From Nitrospinota bacterium (GTDB lineage Bacteria; UBA8248): a stretch of 64,000 nt of DNA. The notes under the pieces are model-generated. The model was not told where the DNA came from. It searched no databases and saw only the letters and a list, made by a program, of their open reading frames with translations. The stretch's first letter is position 1. Each line of letters begins with the position of its first letter. The translations under genes and the position numbers were made by a program. Location of the stretch: NCBI GenBank assembly GCA_026706735.1, contig JAPOYD010000141.1, positions 870 through 64,869 of the forward strand. Direction: 5' to 3'. Shown here one piece after another: positions 9,526 through 17,851 of this stretch.

Positions 9526-9605
9526 GGAGCCGATAATTCGCAAATGCTAAACTGTGTGTTCAACACTACATAAAATCCCTGAATCTTATCCCTCCGCTGC
9601 CACAA

Positions 9606-9634
9606 TTGAATTTCCCACGTGAGAAAGCTATAAA
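9606..9634 (+). promoter_or_regulatory. sigma-70-like promoter TTGAAT-17nt-TATAAA for the island gene
   Basis: TTGAAT 9606-9611, 17-nt spacer, TATAAA 9629-9634. GGAAG lies 8 nt before ATG 9688. Confidence 0.5.
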
Positions 9635-9687
9635 TTGAGCTTGAGAAAAGAAGAGCAAACTTCTCTCCGCTACTGGAAGTTACACAA

Positions 9688-10866
9688 ATGCCGAGACAGG
9701 AAACTATATATTCGATTTTTGTTGCTTCACCCAGCGACATTCAAGAAGAGCGATCTCGCATTCAGGCGATTGTAAACGAGTGGAATTCAAGTCAACCGCA
9801 ACAAAGCGGAATTCGGCTTGATTTGGTTGGATGGGAAACACATGCATATCCTGGAATTTCTGATGATCCACAAGCAGTCATCAATAATCAGGTCCCGGAT
9901 GACTACGATATATTTGTCGGGATTATGTGGCACCGTTTTGGAACGCCAACGAAACGCGCAGAATCGGGAACTATTGAAGAGTTTCAAAGAGCAAAAGAAA
10001 GATACGACATAAATTCTTCTAGTGTGAAAATCATGTTTTATTTTAAGGAAGCCTTTGTTTCACCATATGAGCTCGATCTGGAGCAATTCCAAAATGTCAA
10101 AAATTTTCGCGACTCTTTGAAGACTCAAGGTGTTTATTATGGAACATTTAGTGATGCGGATAATTTTGAGAATCTTTTTCGAATGCACATCAATCGTCAA
10201 GTTCACGAATTAAATCAAGAAATCGTATCTCCGTCGTTAGAAGAGCCAGATCCTCAAAGAGATGAGGCAGTTGCTGAGCCTAGTGTCGTAGATGAAGATA
10301 TGGGGCTTTTGGAGCTTGAGGAATCGTTTGAGGAAAAATTTCTGAAGCTCAACGAAATTTCAAACCGAATATCAGATCACATTAGAGAGTTAGGTGAACA
10401 GGTATCTGATCGCACTGATGAAATAAACCAGTTGGTGGAGCAATTTGGTGGTAACCCGAATCGAAATTCAGTTAAGCGCTTACTCACAAAGACTGCGGGA
10501 AATATGGACGAATTTGTTGTACGCATGGAAGCGGAACTTCCAATCTTTGGTTCGAGCTTTGATGACGGAATGGAAGTATTGATTCGCGCCACGCAAATAT
10601 CACACGAATTTGGCATGGGTAGCGAGGATGAGTTTCGTAAAATTTTAGAGGCGATTAACACTCTTCGCGAGACAACGCTCGAAGTTGACGAACAGATGGT
10701 GGCTCTTAGGTCGAGTATCGTAGATATACCACCAATCACCACCAAGTTAAAGAAATCCAGAGCAGCAGCTACGAGAGTCCTCGACCAATTTATTGAGAAA
10801 CTTAAAGGTGTTGAAAATTTGACACGTGAAGCAGAGAGCATCATTGGAGAGACTCTCCAGAATTAG
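9688..10866 (+). CDS. orphan protein: DUF4062/TIR-like N-terminal domain + acidic linker + unrecognised helical C-terminal domain (low-GC island)
   Basis: The N-terminal pattern IFVASPSDIQEER...WETHAYPG...VINNQVPDYDIFVGIMWHRFGT...SGTIEEFQRA...KIMFYFK resembles DUF4062 as I recall it. The gene is much more AT-rich than its flanks. Confidence 0.5.
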   Translation: MPRQETIYSIFVASPSDIQEERSRIQAIVNEWNSSQPQQSGIRLDLVGWETHAYPGISDDPQAVINNQVPDDYDIFVGIMWHRFGTPTKRAESGTIEEFQRAKERYDINSSSVKIMFYFKEAFVSPYELDLEQFQNVKNFRDSLKTQGVYYGTFSDADNFENLFRMHINRQVHELNQEIVSPSLEEPDPQRDEAVAEPSVVDEDMGLLELEESFEEKFLKLNEISNRISDHIRELGEQVSDRTDEINQLVEQFGGNPNRNSVKRLLTKTAGNMDEFVVRMEAELPIFGSSFDDGMEVLIRATQISHEFGMGSEDEFRKILEAINTLRETTLEVDEQMVALRSSIVDIPPITTKLKKSRAAATRVLDQFIEKLKGVENLTREAESIIGETLQN

Positions 10867-10961
10867 CTATGGGCAACACAATTTGTTAGTTTAATGTAAG
10901 ATAATCGCCACCTTACGAGATTTTCGTTATCCCGGAGATATGCTCCCTGCTTTGCAACAAG

Positions 10962-10986
10962 AAAACCCCGGCTTGTTCCGCCGGGG
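10962..10986 (-). terminator. intrinsic terminator of the cytochrome c gene
   Basis: Stem CCCCGGC / GCCGGGG (10966-10972 / 10980-10986) followed on the minus strand by a U-run (TTTTCTTGTT). Confidence 0.6.
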
Positions 10987-11010
10987 CTTCCCTGTATCTC
11001 TTATGCGTCG

Positions 11011-11547
11011 TTATCTTTTCTTCTTCTTCCGGAACGACTTGTGGCATGCGCCGCATTGCCTGCCGATGAGTCCCACCGCCTTCTTGATGGCCCCAGGCCC
11101 GCCCTTGTAGTGGATTTGCGCGAGGGCGGCGGCGTTCGCGGCCAGACCGTCCGCGATGAGGTTGAATTTCCCCTTGTCCTTCCAGATGGCGGCGGTCGAA
11201 GTCGTCTTGCCGGCCAGGGTGTTCTTCTGGAACGCCTTTTTGATCTTCGAAGCCTTCTTGTACATGTCGCCCGCGGCCTGGCGCACCTGCTCCTGGACCA
11301 CCCAGCCGCTGCCTTGTTTCATCGCGGTTCTCAAGCGCTTCATGTCGGCGCCGATGCCGCGCATGAGCTTCCTGCGCGCCTTCACCGCCGCCTCATCGCC
11401 CTTCATCATCTTTTTCTTGCCCATCATCTTCTTGTCTTTCATGGCCATCATCTTCTTGTCCATCATCCCTTCGCCCGCGCAGCCGGCGACGAGCGCGCCC
11501 GCCATCATCAGGACGGCCAGGGTGATGAATACGTCTCGTTTTTTCAT
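11011..11547 (-). CDS. class II cytochrome c (cytochrome c'/c556-like) lipoprotein with Met/Lys-rich insert
   Basis: Lipobox LVAGC after an N-terminal signal, a single C-terminal CxxCH (CGACH) and a helical body. KKMM-type low complexity at aa 27-50. Confidence 0.6.
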   Translation of the reverse strand: MKKRDVFITLAVLMMAGALVAGCAGEGMMDKKMMAMKDKKMMGKKKMMKGDEAAVKARRKLMRGIGADMKRLRTAMKQGSGWVVQEQVRQAAGDMYKKASKIKKAFQKNTLAGKTTSTAAIWKDKGKFNLIADGLAANAAALAQIHYKGGPGAIKKAVGLIGRQCGACHKSFRKKKKR

Positions 11548-11742
11548 GACCGGATTTCCCCCACTGAATCAGAAACGAAAAAGACAAACAGGCGGATCTG
11601 CATGAAACCCTTTTTAGCCTGAAAACGAATCATGGGCGGTGGTCTGCTCCACTTCACTGCGTATGACCGCATGTTAGCCCAAAAGAGACCCGGCGGCCAG
11701 TCCCCGGAAATGGGGGGAGTGAATTCACAATCTGGCGATTTC

Positions 11743-11795
11743 GTAGGGACAACCCCCTGTGGTTGTCCTGCCCCCGTGGTTGTCCTGACGGGGGA
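11743..11795. repeat. REP-like hairpins (GTAGGGACAACCCCCTGTGGTTGTCC...)
   Basis: Near-identical to 3387-3413 and 4775-4830. Confidence 0.85.
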
Positions 11796-11824
11796 TTCCT
11801 TCCAATTCAAGTCGAGATTACTCG

Positions 11825-11855
11825 CCGTCATTCCGGCGCATGCCGGAATGACGAT
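11825..11855. repeat. solo family-1 palindrome CGTCATTCCGGCGCATGCCGGAATGACG
   Basis: Collapsed single-hairpin version of the family-1 TIR. Confidence 0.85.
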
Positions 11856-11883
11856 CAAAAGCGAATTCACACGTAGCAGGGCG

Positions 11884-11910
11884 TCGAACTTCCCGAAGAG
11901 GGGAGTTCGA
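11884..11910. repeat. family-3 palindrome TCGAACTTCCCGAAGAGGGGAGTTCGA
   Basis: Same motif as the three copies at 34764-35159. Confidence 0.7.
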
Positions 11911-12152
11911 CCTGTGGCTGCGTTTCACAGGGACAGGGCTACAAATCCTGTATGGATTGCGCCTTTATCCCCACAACCCCCCGACAGCGTTGATCCCGAA
12001 GGCCATTTGTGGAACCTTGGGATATCCCGAAGGGTGAGAGGCGTCTTGCTTACAATTCCGGCGAAGGCCGGTCGGCATCCTGATTTCATTGCCCGGGTCG
12101 CGCGGCCCGAACCGTTTCCGGGCGGGCGGCCCCATTAACGAAAGGAGCTAAC

Positions 12153-12446
12153 ATGAGCGCATACGTGGTCGGTCACATCACCGTCAAGGACGAAGAGGGA
12201 TTCAACAACTACGCCGAGCAGGGACTCGCCATCGTCGCCTCCGTCGGGGGCGAGGTGGCGGCGAGCGGACAACTCGTAAAAGTCCTCACCGGCGAGCACG
12301 ACAGGCAGATGTTCGTCCTTCTCAAGTTCCCCGACCAGGAGGCGGTGGAGAGTTGGTATTACTCGGACGGCTACCAGGCCCTGATCCCCGGCCGCAACGA
12401 GGCGGTGGACATCACGTTCATCTCCTATGACGAGCCGGAGGAGTAG
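12153..12446 (+). CDS. DUF1330 domain protein
   Basis: 97 aa. The pattern MSAYVVGHITVKD...KFPDQEAVESWYYSDGYQAL is typical of DUF1330. AGGAG lies upstream. Confidence 0.7.
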   Translation: MSAYVVGHITVKDEEGFNNYAEQGLAIVASVGGEVAASGQLVKVLTGEHDRQMFVLLKFPDQEAVESWYYSDGYQALIPGRNEAVDITFISYDEPEE

Positions 12447-12571
12447 GCGTTCACCGGGAGAGCGGGCGCGGGCCGAAACGCCTCCGCCCGTTCTTCTGAT
12501 CCAGCCGCGAATGCGCACCCCCTGCGCCGCAGTCATGAGGATTTCCGCTTGCAGAACGAAGGACGAAAAGC

Positions 12572-13204
12572 ATGAAGCGCCTCTACCCCGACCTTTCGCA
12601 GACGGCCGAGCAGAAGCAGTTCGGCGTCCTGACCGTTCACGCCTATCTGCTCGAACGACAGGGGGGAAACGTCCTCTTCTACAACCCGAGGAGCGCCGCC
12701 GATTTCGATGAGATCGACTCTCTGGGCGGAATCGCGCATCACTGCCTGAGCCATTGCCACGAGGTGGACGAGTCGCTCGCAGACGTGGCCGGACGTTTCG
12801 GCTCCAGATTATGCTGCCACGCGCTCGTTGCGCCCTATCTGCCCGAGGCGGTTTCGGCCGACGTTTTTTTCGGCTCTCCCCCGCGCGAGTTTCTGGGCGG
12901 CGACATAGAGGTGATCCATACGCCGGGCCACACGGACAACAGCGTCTGCTACCGCTACCGCTCGCCCCACGGCAAGACGTATCTCTTCACCGGAGACGCG
13001 ATCTATCTCGACGGCGGGGAGTGGAAGACCATCGTCGTCGCCGACGACGGGGGCGACGAGGCGGAACTGGCGAGAAGTCTCGCCGTTCTCAGAGACCTCG
13101 AAGTGGACGTCGTGATCTGCAGCGTCTCTGTAGGCGAGATGCGAATCGTGGAAGTCACGCCCGACGCGTGGCGGAGCATTATCGACGGGCTGGTGGAGGA
13201 ATAG
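12572..13204 (+). CDS. MBL-fold metallo-hydrolase
   Basis: HxHxD-like SHCHEVDE, plus HTPGHTDNS and FTGDAIY motifs. Confidence 0.7.
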   Translation: MKRLYPDLSQTAEQKQFGVLTVHAYLLERQGGNVLFYNPRSAADFDEIDSLGGIAHHCLSHCHEVDESLADVAGRFGSRLCCHALVAPYLPEAVSADVFFGSPPREFLGGDIEVIHTPGHTDNSVCYRYRSPHGKTYLFTGDAIYLDGGEWKTIVVADDGGDEAELARSLAVLRDLEVDVVICSVSVGEMRIVEVTPDAWRSIIDGLVEE

Positions 13205-13383
13205 GAGATTTTACTGGCGGACGCTGGGGATAAGCTCTCGCCTGCTCTTCTATCGGCGTCCTCCCCCGGGGAAGCGGAGTTGTGCTACCATCGGCTCGGC
13301 ATCCTGGCGCGGGTCCGGGAGATTCGCCCCGGCGTCCGTGTCGCCTCCCCGGATCGTTTCCTCATCAGGCATGGAGGGTGGAA

Positions 13384-13851
13384 ATGGAGATTGAGAAGAG
13401 GCTGGAAGAGCTCGGGATCGAGCTTCCCGAAGTCCCGCCCGCCGTGGCGAACTACATCCCCGGCGTGGCGGTGGGCGAGGTGCTCTTCCTCGCCGGCACC
13501 ATCGGCCAGTACAACGGAGAGATCCCCATCCGGGGGAAGCTCGGCGGCGGGGTCACCGTCGAGGAGGGCTACCGCTCGGCGCGCCTCTGCGGCTTGAACC
13601 ACTTCGCCATGGCGAAGCATTGCCTGGGGGGCGACCTGGACCGCATCGTCCGGGCCGTGCGCCTCGAAGGCTATGTGAACAGCGCGCCCGGCTTCCAGGA
13701 GGCGCCCTGGGTGGTGAACGGGGAGAGCGACCTTCTCGTCGAAGTGCTCGGCGAGGAGCGGGGAAAGCACGCGCGCGCGGCCCTGAACATCAACGAACTC
13801 ACCTACGACGCGCCGGTGGAGACCATCCTCACCCTGCAGATTCGCCCCTAG
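13384..13851 (+). CDS. RidA/YjgF-family protein
   Basis: The internal ATG at 13384 (MEIEKRLEELGIELP...) gives the typical RidA-like length. The ORF-track N-terminal extension is Arg/Pro-rich and unlikely to be coding. Confidence 0.7.
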   Translation: MEIEKRLEELGIELPEVPPAVANYIPGVAVGEVLFLAGTIGQYNGEIPIRGKLGGGVTVEEGYRSARLCGLNHFAMAKHCLGGDLDRIVRAVRLEGYVNSAPGFQEAPWVVNGESDLLVEVLGEERGKHARAALNINELTYDAPVETILTLQIRP

Positions 13852-13878
13852 TCCAGCTGGAGCGGTTTTCCCGCCGGC

Positions 13879-14189
13879 GCGGGTCGCATCAGGCCGCCCC
13901 GAGCTTCTCGACCTTGATTTCGTCGAGGCGGGCGCGCGCCTGCCAAAGATCGTAAGCCATCTGCAGGCCGAGCCAGGTCTCCGGCGTCGAGCCGAACGCC
14001 TTGGAGAGTCGAATCGCCATTTCTATGGAGACCCCCGTGCGCTCGTTGATCAGTTCCGACAAGGTCTGGCGCGCGGGTCTGGCGCGCGACGCCGAGGCTC
14101 TCGGCGGCCTTCGTCACAGACAATCCGAGCGGTTCGAGACATTGCCGCCTCACGATTCCGCCAGGATGCGGCGGGTTTTTCATCGCCAT
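13879..14189 (-). pseudogene. higA: HigA-family antitoxin (HTH), frameshifted by a perfect 13-bp tandem duplication
   Basis: MAMKNPPHPGGIVRRQCLEPLGLSVTKAAESLGVARQT, then GGTCTGGCGCGCG repeated at 14063-14075 and 14076-14088. Removing one copy restores LSELINERTGVSIEMAIRLSKAFGSTPETWLGLQMAYDLWQA... with the stop at 13879-13881. Confidence 0.8.
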
Positions 14190-14202
14190 CGCTTTGCCCC
14201 CA

Positions 14203-14226
14203 TCAATGGTAGTCGAGGTAATCCGG
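14203..14226 (-). pseudogene. possible C-terminal remnant of the cognate HigB toxin (..PDYLDYH*)
   Basis: The stop lies 13 nt upstream of the higA ATG. The ending resembles the ..DYEDYH* C-terminus of the HigB family paired with MKNPPHPG-type HigA. Everything upstream is replaced by repeat-element sequence. Confidence 0.3.
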
Positions 14227-14315
14227 TTTTGTTTGTCGTCTTTTTGTCTTTGCTTTTTGTTTTTCCATTCAACCGGTGAGAACATAAAAGGCCGGATCGC
14301 CATGATCCTCGTCGG

Positions 14316-14346
14316 CTCTGGATTCCGGCATTCGCCGGAATGACGG
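14316..14346. repeat. family-1 MITE right arm only (CTCTGGATTCCGGCATTCGCCGGAATGACGG)
   Basis: Preceded by the element-internal motif TCGTCGGCTCTGG, as in copies at 47905 and 49560. The left arm is absent. Confidence 0.8.
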
Positions 14347-14409
14347 CAATTCCTCCCACTTCGGGGGCTTTTTCAACAACCCCATCATGGTGAGGCGGGT
14401 TATCCCGGC

Positions 14410-16059
14410 CTAGGCTTCCGACTCTGTCGATCCCAGTTCCGTGAGACATGTGCTGACGATCTCGGCGCTGGTCGTGGCTTCCGCCGTGATGACCCTCGTG
14501 GCGCCGGCCGCCTTCAGTGAATCCTCGTCTATATCGTAGAGGGTGCGCGCAATGACGGGAGTGTCAGGAGCCGTCCGGCGAATTGTGCGAACCGCAAGTT
14601 CCGTGGCTCGCGTGTCGTTTATCGTCACCACCACCAGACGGGCATTCCTGCAACCAAGCTCCTCCAGCACTTCCATCTGCGTGACGTCTCCGTAGACGGC
14701 CAGGTCTCCCGCCGCTTTTGCGGCGCGAACGTTATCGACGTTCACGTCGACCGCGATGCAGGAGAACCCCGCAGTCCGGGCGGCCTGGCATACCTCCCGG
14801 CCTGCCCGGCCGTATCCGGCGACAATGACGTGGTCGCTGTGCGGTTCGTGGGCATCGAATCCGGGAGGCTCGGCGCCCAGTATCCGGTTCAGCCATGGGA
14901 CGCGGTCCGCGCCGAGAGCCAGGTGAGGGCCGAATGCGATGACCATCGGCGTGAACAGCATGGACAGGATGATCGCCACCAGGAGATTGTGGGACAGCGC
15001 GGCTCCGAGGAGACCGGTCCCCGAAGCTGCATTCAGGAGGACGAAGGAGAACTCGCCGATCTGGCACAATGTGGCCGCCGACAGGATGGCCACGCGAAGC
15101 GGCATTCGCAGGATCAACCCCATCCCAAGCATGATCGCGAATTTGCCGACGAGGATGAGGCCGAGAAGCCCGAGAATCGGCGCAAAATGCTCGATGACGT
15201 CCGGAACATCCAGCAGCATACCCACGGAAACGAAGAAAACGCTGGCGAAAACTTCCCGCACGGGAATCAGATCCGACATCGCCTGGTGACGGAACTCGCT
15301 TCCGGCGACGATCAGGCCGGCCAGGAATGCTCCGAGCGCGAGCGAGATTCCCGCCAGCGACAGGCCCCAGGCGATCCCGAAGCATCCGAGAAAGACCGTC
15401 AGAACGAAGAGTTCCCTCTCCCGCGTCTTGGCCACGAACGCGAGCAGGTACGGCACGACGCGGCTGGCCGCAAAGAGCACGCCCGCCAGGATGGCAAGGC
15501 CGGTGACGGCCGCGAGCGCGATCTCCCGCGTGGAACTCTGGTGCCCGGCCAGAATGGGCACCGCCAGGAGCATCGGAACCACGCACAAGTCCTGGAAGAC
15601 GAGAATGCCGACCGCCAGTCGGCCGTGCGGCGAATCCAGTTCCCCCCGCGTAGACAGGCCCCGCAAGACGACGGCGGTGCTGGATACGGCGACGACGCAG
15701 CCCAGAAACACCGCAGGCCCCGTTCCGAGTCCGAACCAGACGGCCACGGCCGCGGTGCATGCGACCGTGGCCGCCACCTGAATGCTCCCGCCCAGCAGGA
15801 TGGCTTTCCAGATGCGCCGGAGGTGGCCGAGCGAGAGTTCGAGACCGATCCCGAACAGAAGGAGGACGATGCCGACCTCGGCCAGCACCTCGACCTGATG
15901 GGTGTCGTCCACGAGGCGCAACGCCGTGGGTCCGACAAGGGCGCCCGAGAGGATAAACCCGGCGATCGACGGGACACCCACGCGGCGCAGCACCGTCGCG
16001 ACCACGACCGCCGACCCGAGTACGATGACCAGATCCCAGAGATACCCGATTTCAGGCAA
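14410..16059 (-). CDS. CPA2-family cation:proton antiporter with C-terminal RCK/TrkA-N domain (KefB/YbaL-like)
   Basis: 549 aa. Polytopic N-terminal region (GFILSGALVGP, LLFGIGLELS), then a Rossmann-like VIVAGYGRAGREV. Confidence 0.85.
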   Translation of the reverse strand: MPEIGYLWDLVIVLGSAVVVATVLRRVGVPSIAGFILSGALVGPTALRLVDDTHQVEVLAEVGIVLLLFGIGLELSLGHLRRIWKAILLGGSIQVAATVACTAAVAVWFGLGTGPAVFLGCVVAVSSTAVVLRGLSTRGELDSPHGRLAVGILVFQDLCVVPMLLAVPILAGHQSSTREIALAAVTGLAILAGVLFAASRVVPYLLAFVAKTRERELFVLTVFLGCFGIAWGLSLAGISLALGAFLAGLIVAGSEFRHQAMSDLIPVREVFASVFFVSVGMLLDVPDVIEHFAPILGLLGLILVGKFAIMLGMGLILRMPLRVAILSAATLCQIGEFSFVLLNAASGTGLLGAALSHNLLVAIILSMLFTPMVIAFGPHLALGADRVPWLNRILGAEPPGFDAHEPHSDHVIVAGYGRAGREVCQAARTAGFSCIAVDVNVDNVRAAKAAGDLAVYGDVTQMEVLEELGCRNARLVVVTINDTRATELAVRTIRRTAPDTPVIARTLYDIDEDSLKAAGATRVITAEATTSAEIVSTCLTELGSTESEA

Positions 16060-16252
16060 GCGTTTTCGTCTCCAGGGCGCGGTGGCGTGGACCGGATGTC
16101 GAGACCCAGCTTATCACATCCGCAAATGACCCGCTCCGAAAGGGCGCGTTCGCGTGCGCATCGAAGGGGAGTGCCCCTTTCGACAGGCTCAGGAATGCGG
16201 TTCCTCCTTTTTTCAGTCGGAACTGGCCTTCGATACAAACGCTCCTTTCTCG

Positions 16253-16505
16253 GGGCTGTTGAAAAAGTTCTCCTCGCGCGGTATTCACCACCGCCGTCAT
16301 TCCGGCGAAAGCCGGAATCCAGAGCAGACGGGGACACCGAATCGCAGGACGACCAGGCAAAACGATAAAGCGAAAAGATAAATACAAAAGCAAAGTCCCT
16401 GGATTCCGGCATGCGCCGGAATGACGATCAAAAGCGCATTCACATCTTGGAAAAGTCGCGACCTGTCCCTACAGCTCACATATTCAGGACTTTTTCAACA
16501 ACCCC
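16253..16505. repeat. composite mosaic element: outer inverted TTGAAAAAG/CTTTTTCAA motifs enclosing a full family-1 MITE (16295-16426) and a half REP
   Basis: GGGGCTGTTGAAAAAGTTCTCC ... CGTCATTCCGGCGAAAGCCGGAATCCAG ... CCTGGATTCCGGCATGCGCCGGAATGACG ... CGCGACCTGTCCCTACAG ... CAGGACTTTTTCAACAACCCC. Confidence 0.8.
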
Positions 16506-16612
16506 TATAGGGACGGCATGATAAGGATCACATCGCGCACGCCGTCGATTTTTATCTTGCGCGGGCCGCTCATCGTGTGTTATTTTCGTATTTTATTCGT
16601 TTTGAGTGGCCC

Positions 16613-17851
16613 ATGCGACGACCAACCAAGCCGAAGTGGCTCTATATCGATTTCGACGGCTTTTTCGCGTCCTGCGAGGAGCAGGCGGACCCGACCCTGC
16701 ACGGCCGCCCGCTCGGCGTCATACCGTTCGCGGGGGCGCGCAACAGCTGCGTGATCGCCGCGAACGCCGCGGCCAAGAGGTTCGGCGTCACGACCGGGAC
16801 TCCGATCGCAAAAGCCCGCCGGTTGTGCCCCCGGATAACGCTCGCGCCCCAGCGGCCGGACCTGTACGTCCGGGTTCACCACCGGGCCGTGGCCGCGGTG
16901 CTCTCCGTGCTGCCGGTCGACGTCGTTTGCTCGATCGACGAGTTGGCCGCCGTTCTGGGGGAGCGGGACCGCCCCGAAGAGATCGCCGGGAGGATCAAGC
17001 GCCGCATACGGACGGCCGTGGGGGAGCGCATCACCTGCTCCATCGGCTGCGCGCCCAACAGGTGGCTCGCCAAGATCGCCGCCGGCCTGGACAAGCCCGA
17101 CGGTCTGAAGGTGCTGCTTCCCGGCGACCTGCCGGGTCCGCTGCGCCACATAGGTCTTGAGGCGCTGCCCGGGGTAGGGAGGCGCATGCGCGCGCGTTTG
17201 AAGCGGAGCGGGATAGCGAGCGTCGAGGACATCTGGAACACGGAGCCCGGACGGCTGAGTTCGGTCTGGGGCAGCGTGAACGGCGCGCGTTTTTGGTACG
17301 CCCTCCACGGCTACGCCGTGGAGCCGCCGGTGACGAGGCGCGGCTCGATCGGCCACGGCCGGGTCCTGCCGCCGGGGGAGCGCAGCGCCCAAGCCGCCCG
17401 GCCGATGGCCAGACAACTGGTAGTGAAGGCGGCCCGTCGCCTGCGCCGGGAGGGGTTCCTCACCCGGAGACTCACCCTCTCGGCCGAGTGTCTCGACGCG
17501 TCCGCCTGGACGGCCTCGGCGCCCGTCGCGAGAGCGAACGACGATCTGACCTGCCTGGATGCCCTCTCGGGGCTATGGGACGCACTCGCTGCGGCGCGGA
17601 GCCAGGCCGCGCTGTTCCGGATCGCCGTCTCGTTCGACCGCTTCATCCCGTCTGATGAAGCGCAGCTCGAGCTGGCTCTCGGCGAGCCGGACGAGGGGGG
17701 GCGGCTGGCGAGGCTGAACGCCGCCGTCGATTCGATCAACGGCCGCTATGCGCGCACCCTCGTCGGCTACGGCGGGTGCGCTCCTCCGGGCGGCTACGCG
17801 GGGGCCAAGATCGCGTACGGCCGCATTCCCCGGCTGGAGGATTTCCAGTGA
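16613..17851 (+). CDS. Y-family DNA polymerase (DinB/UmuC-like)
   Basis: WLYIDFDGFFASCEE (catalytic DxD region), CSIDELAAVL (SIDE motif), HhH-like LEALPGVGRRM. The start is taken at ATG 16613 (MRRPTKPKW). Confidence 0.8.
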   Translation: MRRPTKPKWLYIDFDGFFASCEEQADPTLHGRPLGVIPFAGARNSCVIAANAAAKRFGVTTGTPIAKARRLCPRITLAPQRPDLYVRVHHRAVAAVLSVLPVDVVCSIDELAAVLGERDRPEEIAGRIKRRIRTAVGERITCSIGCAPNRWLAKIAAGLDKPDGLKVLLPGDLPGPLRHIGLEALPGVGRRMRARLKRSGIASVEDIWNTEPGRLSSVWGSVNGARFWYALHGYAVEPPVTRRGSIGHGRVLPPGERSAQAARPMARQLVVKAARRLRREGFLTRRLTLSAECLDASAWTASAPVARANDDLTCLDALSGLWDALAAARSQAALFRIAVSFDRFIPSDEAQLELALGEPDEGGRLARLNAAVDSINGRYARTLVGYGGCAPPGGYAGAKIAYGRIPRLEDFQ

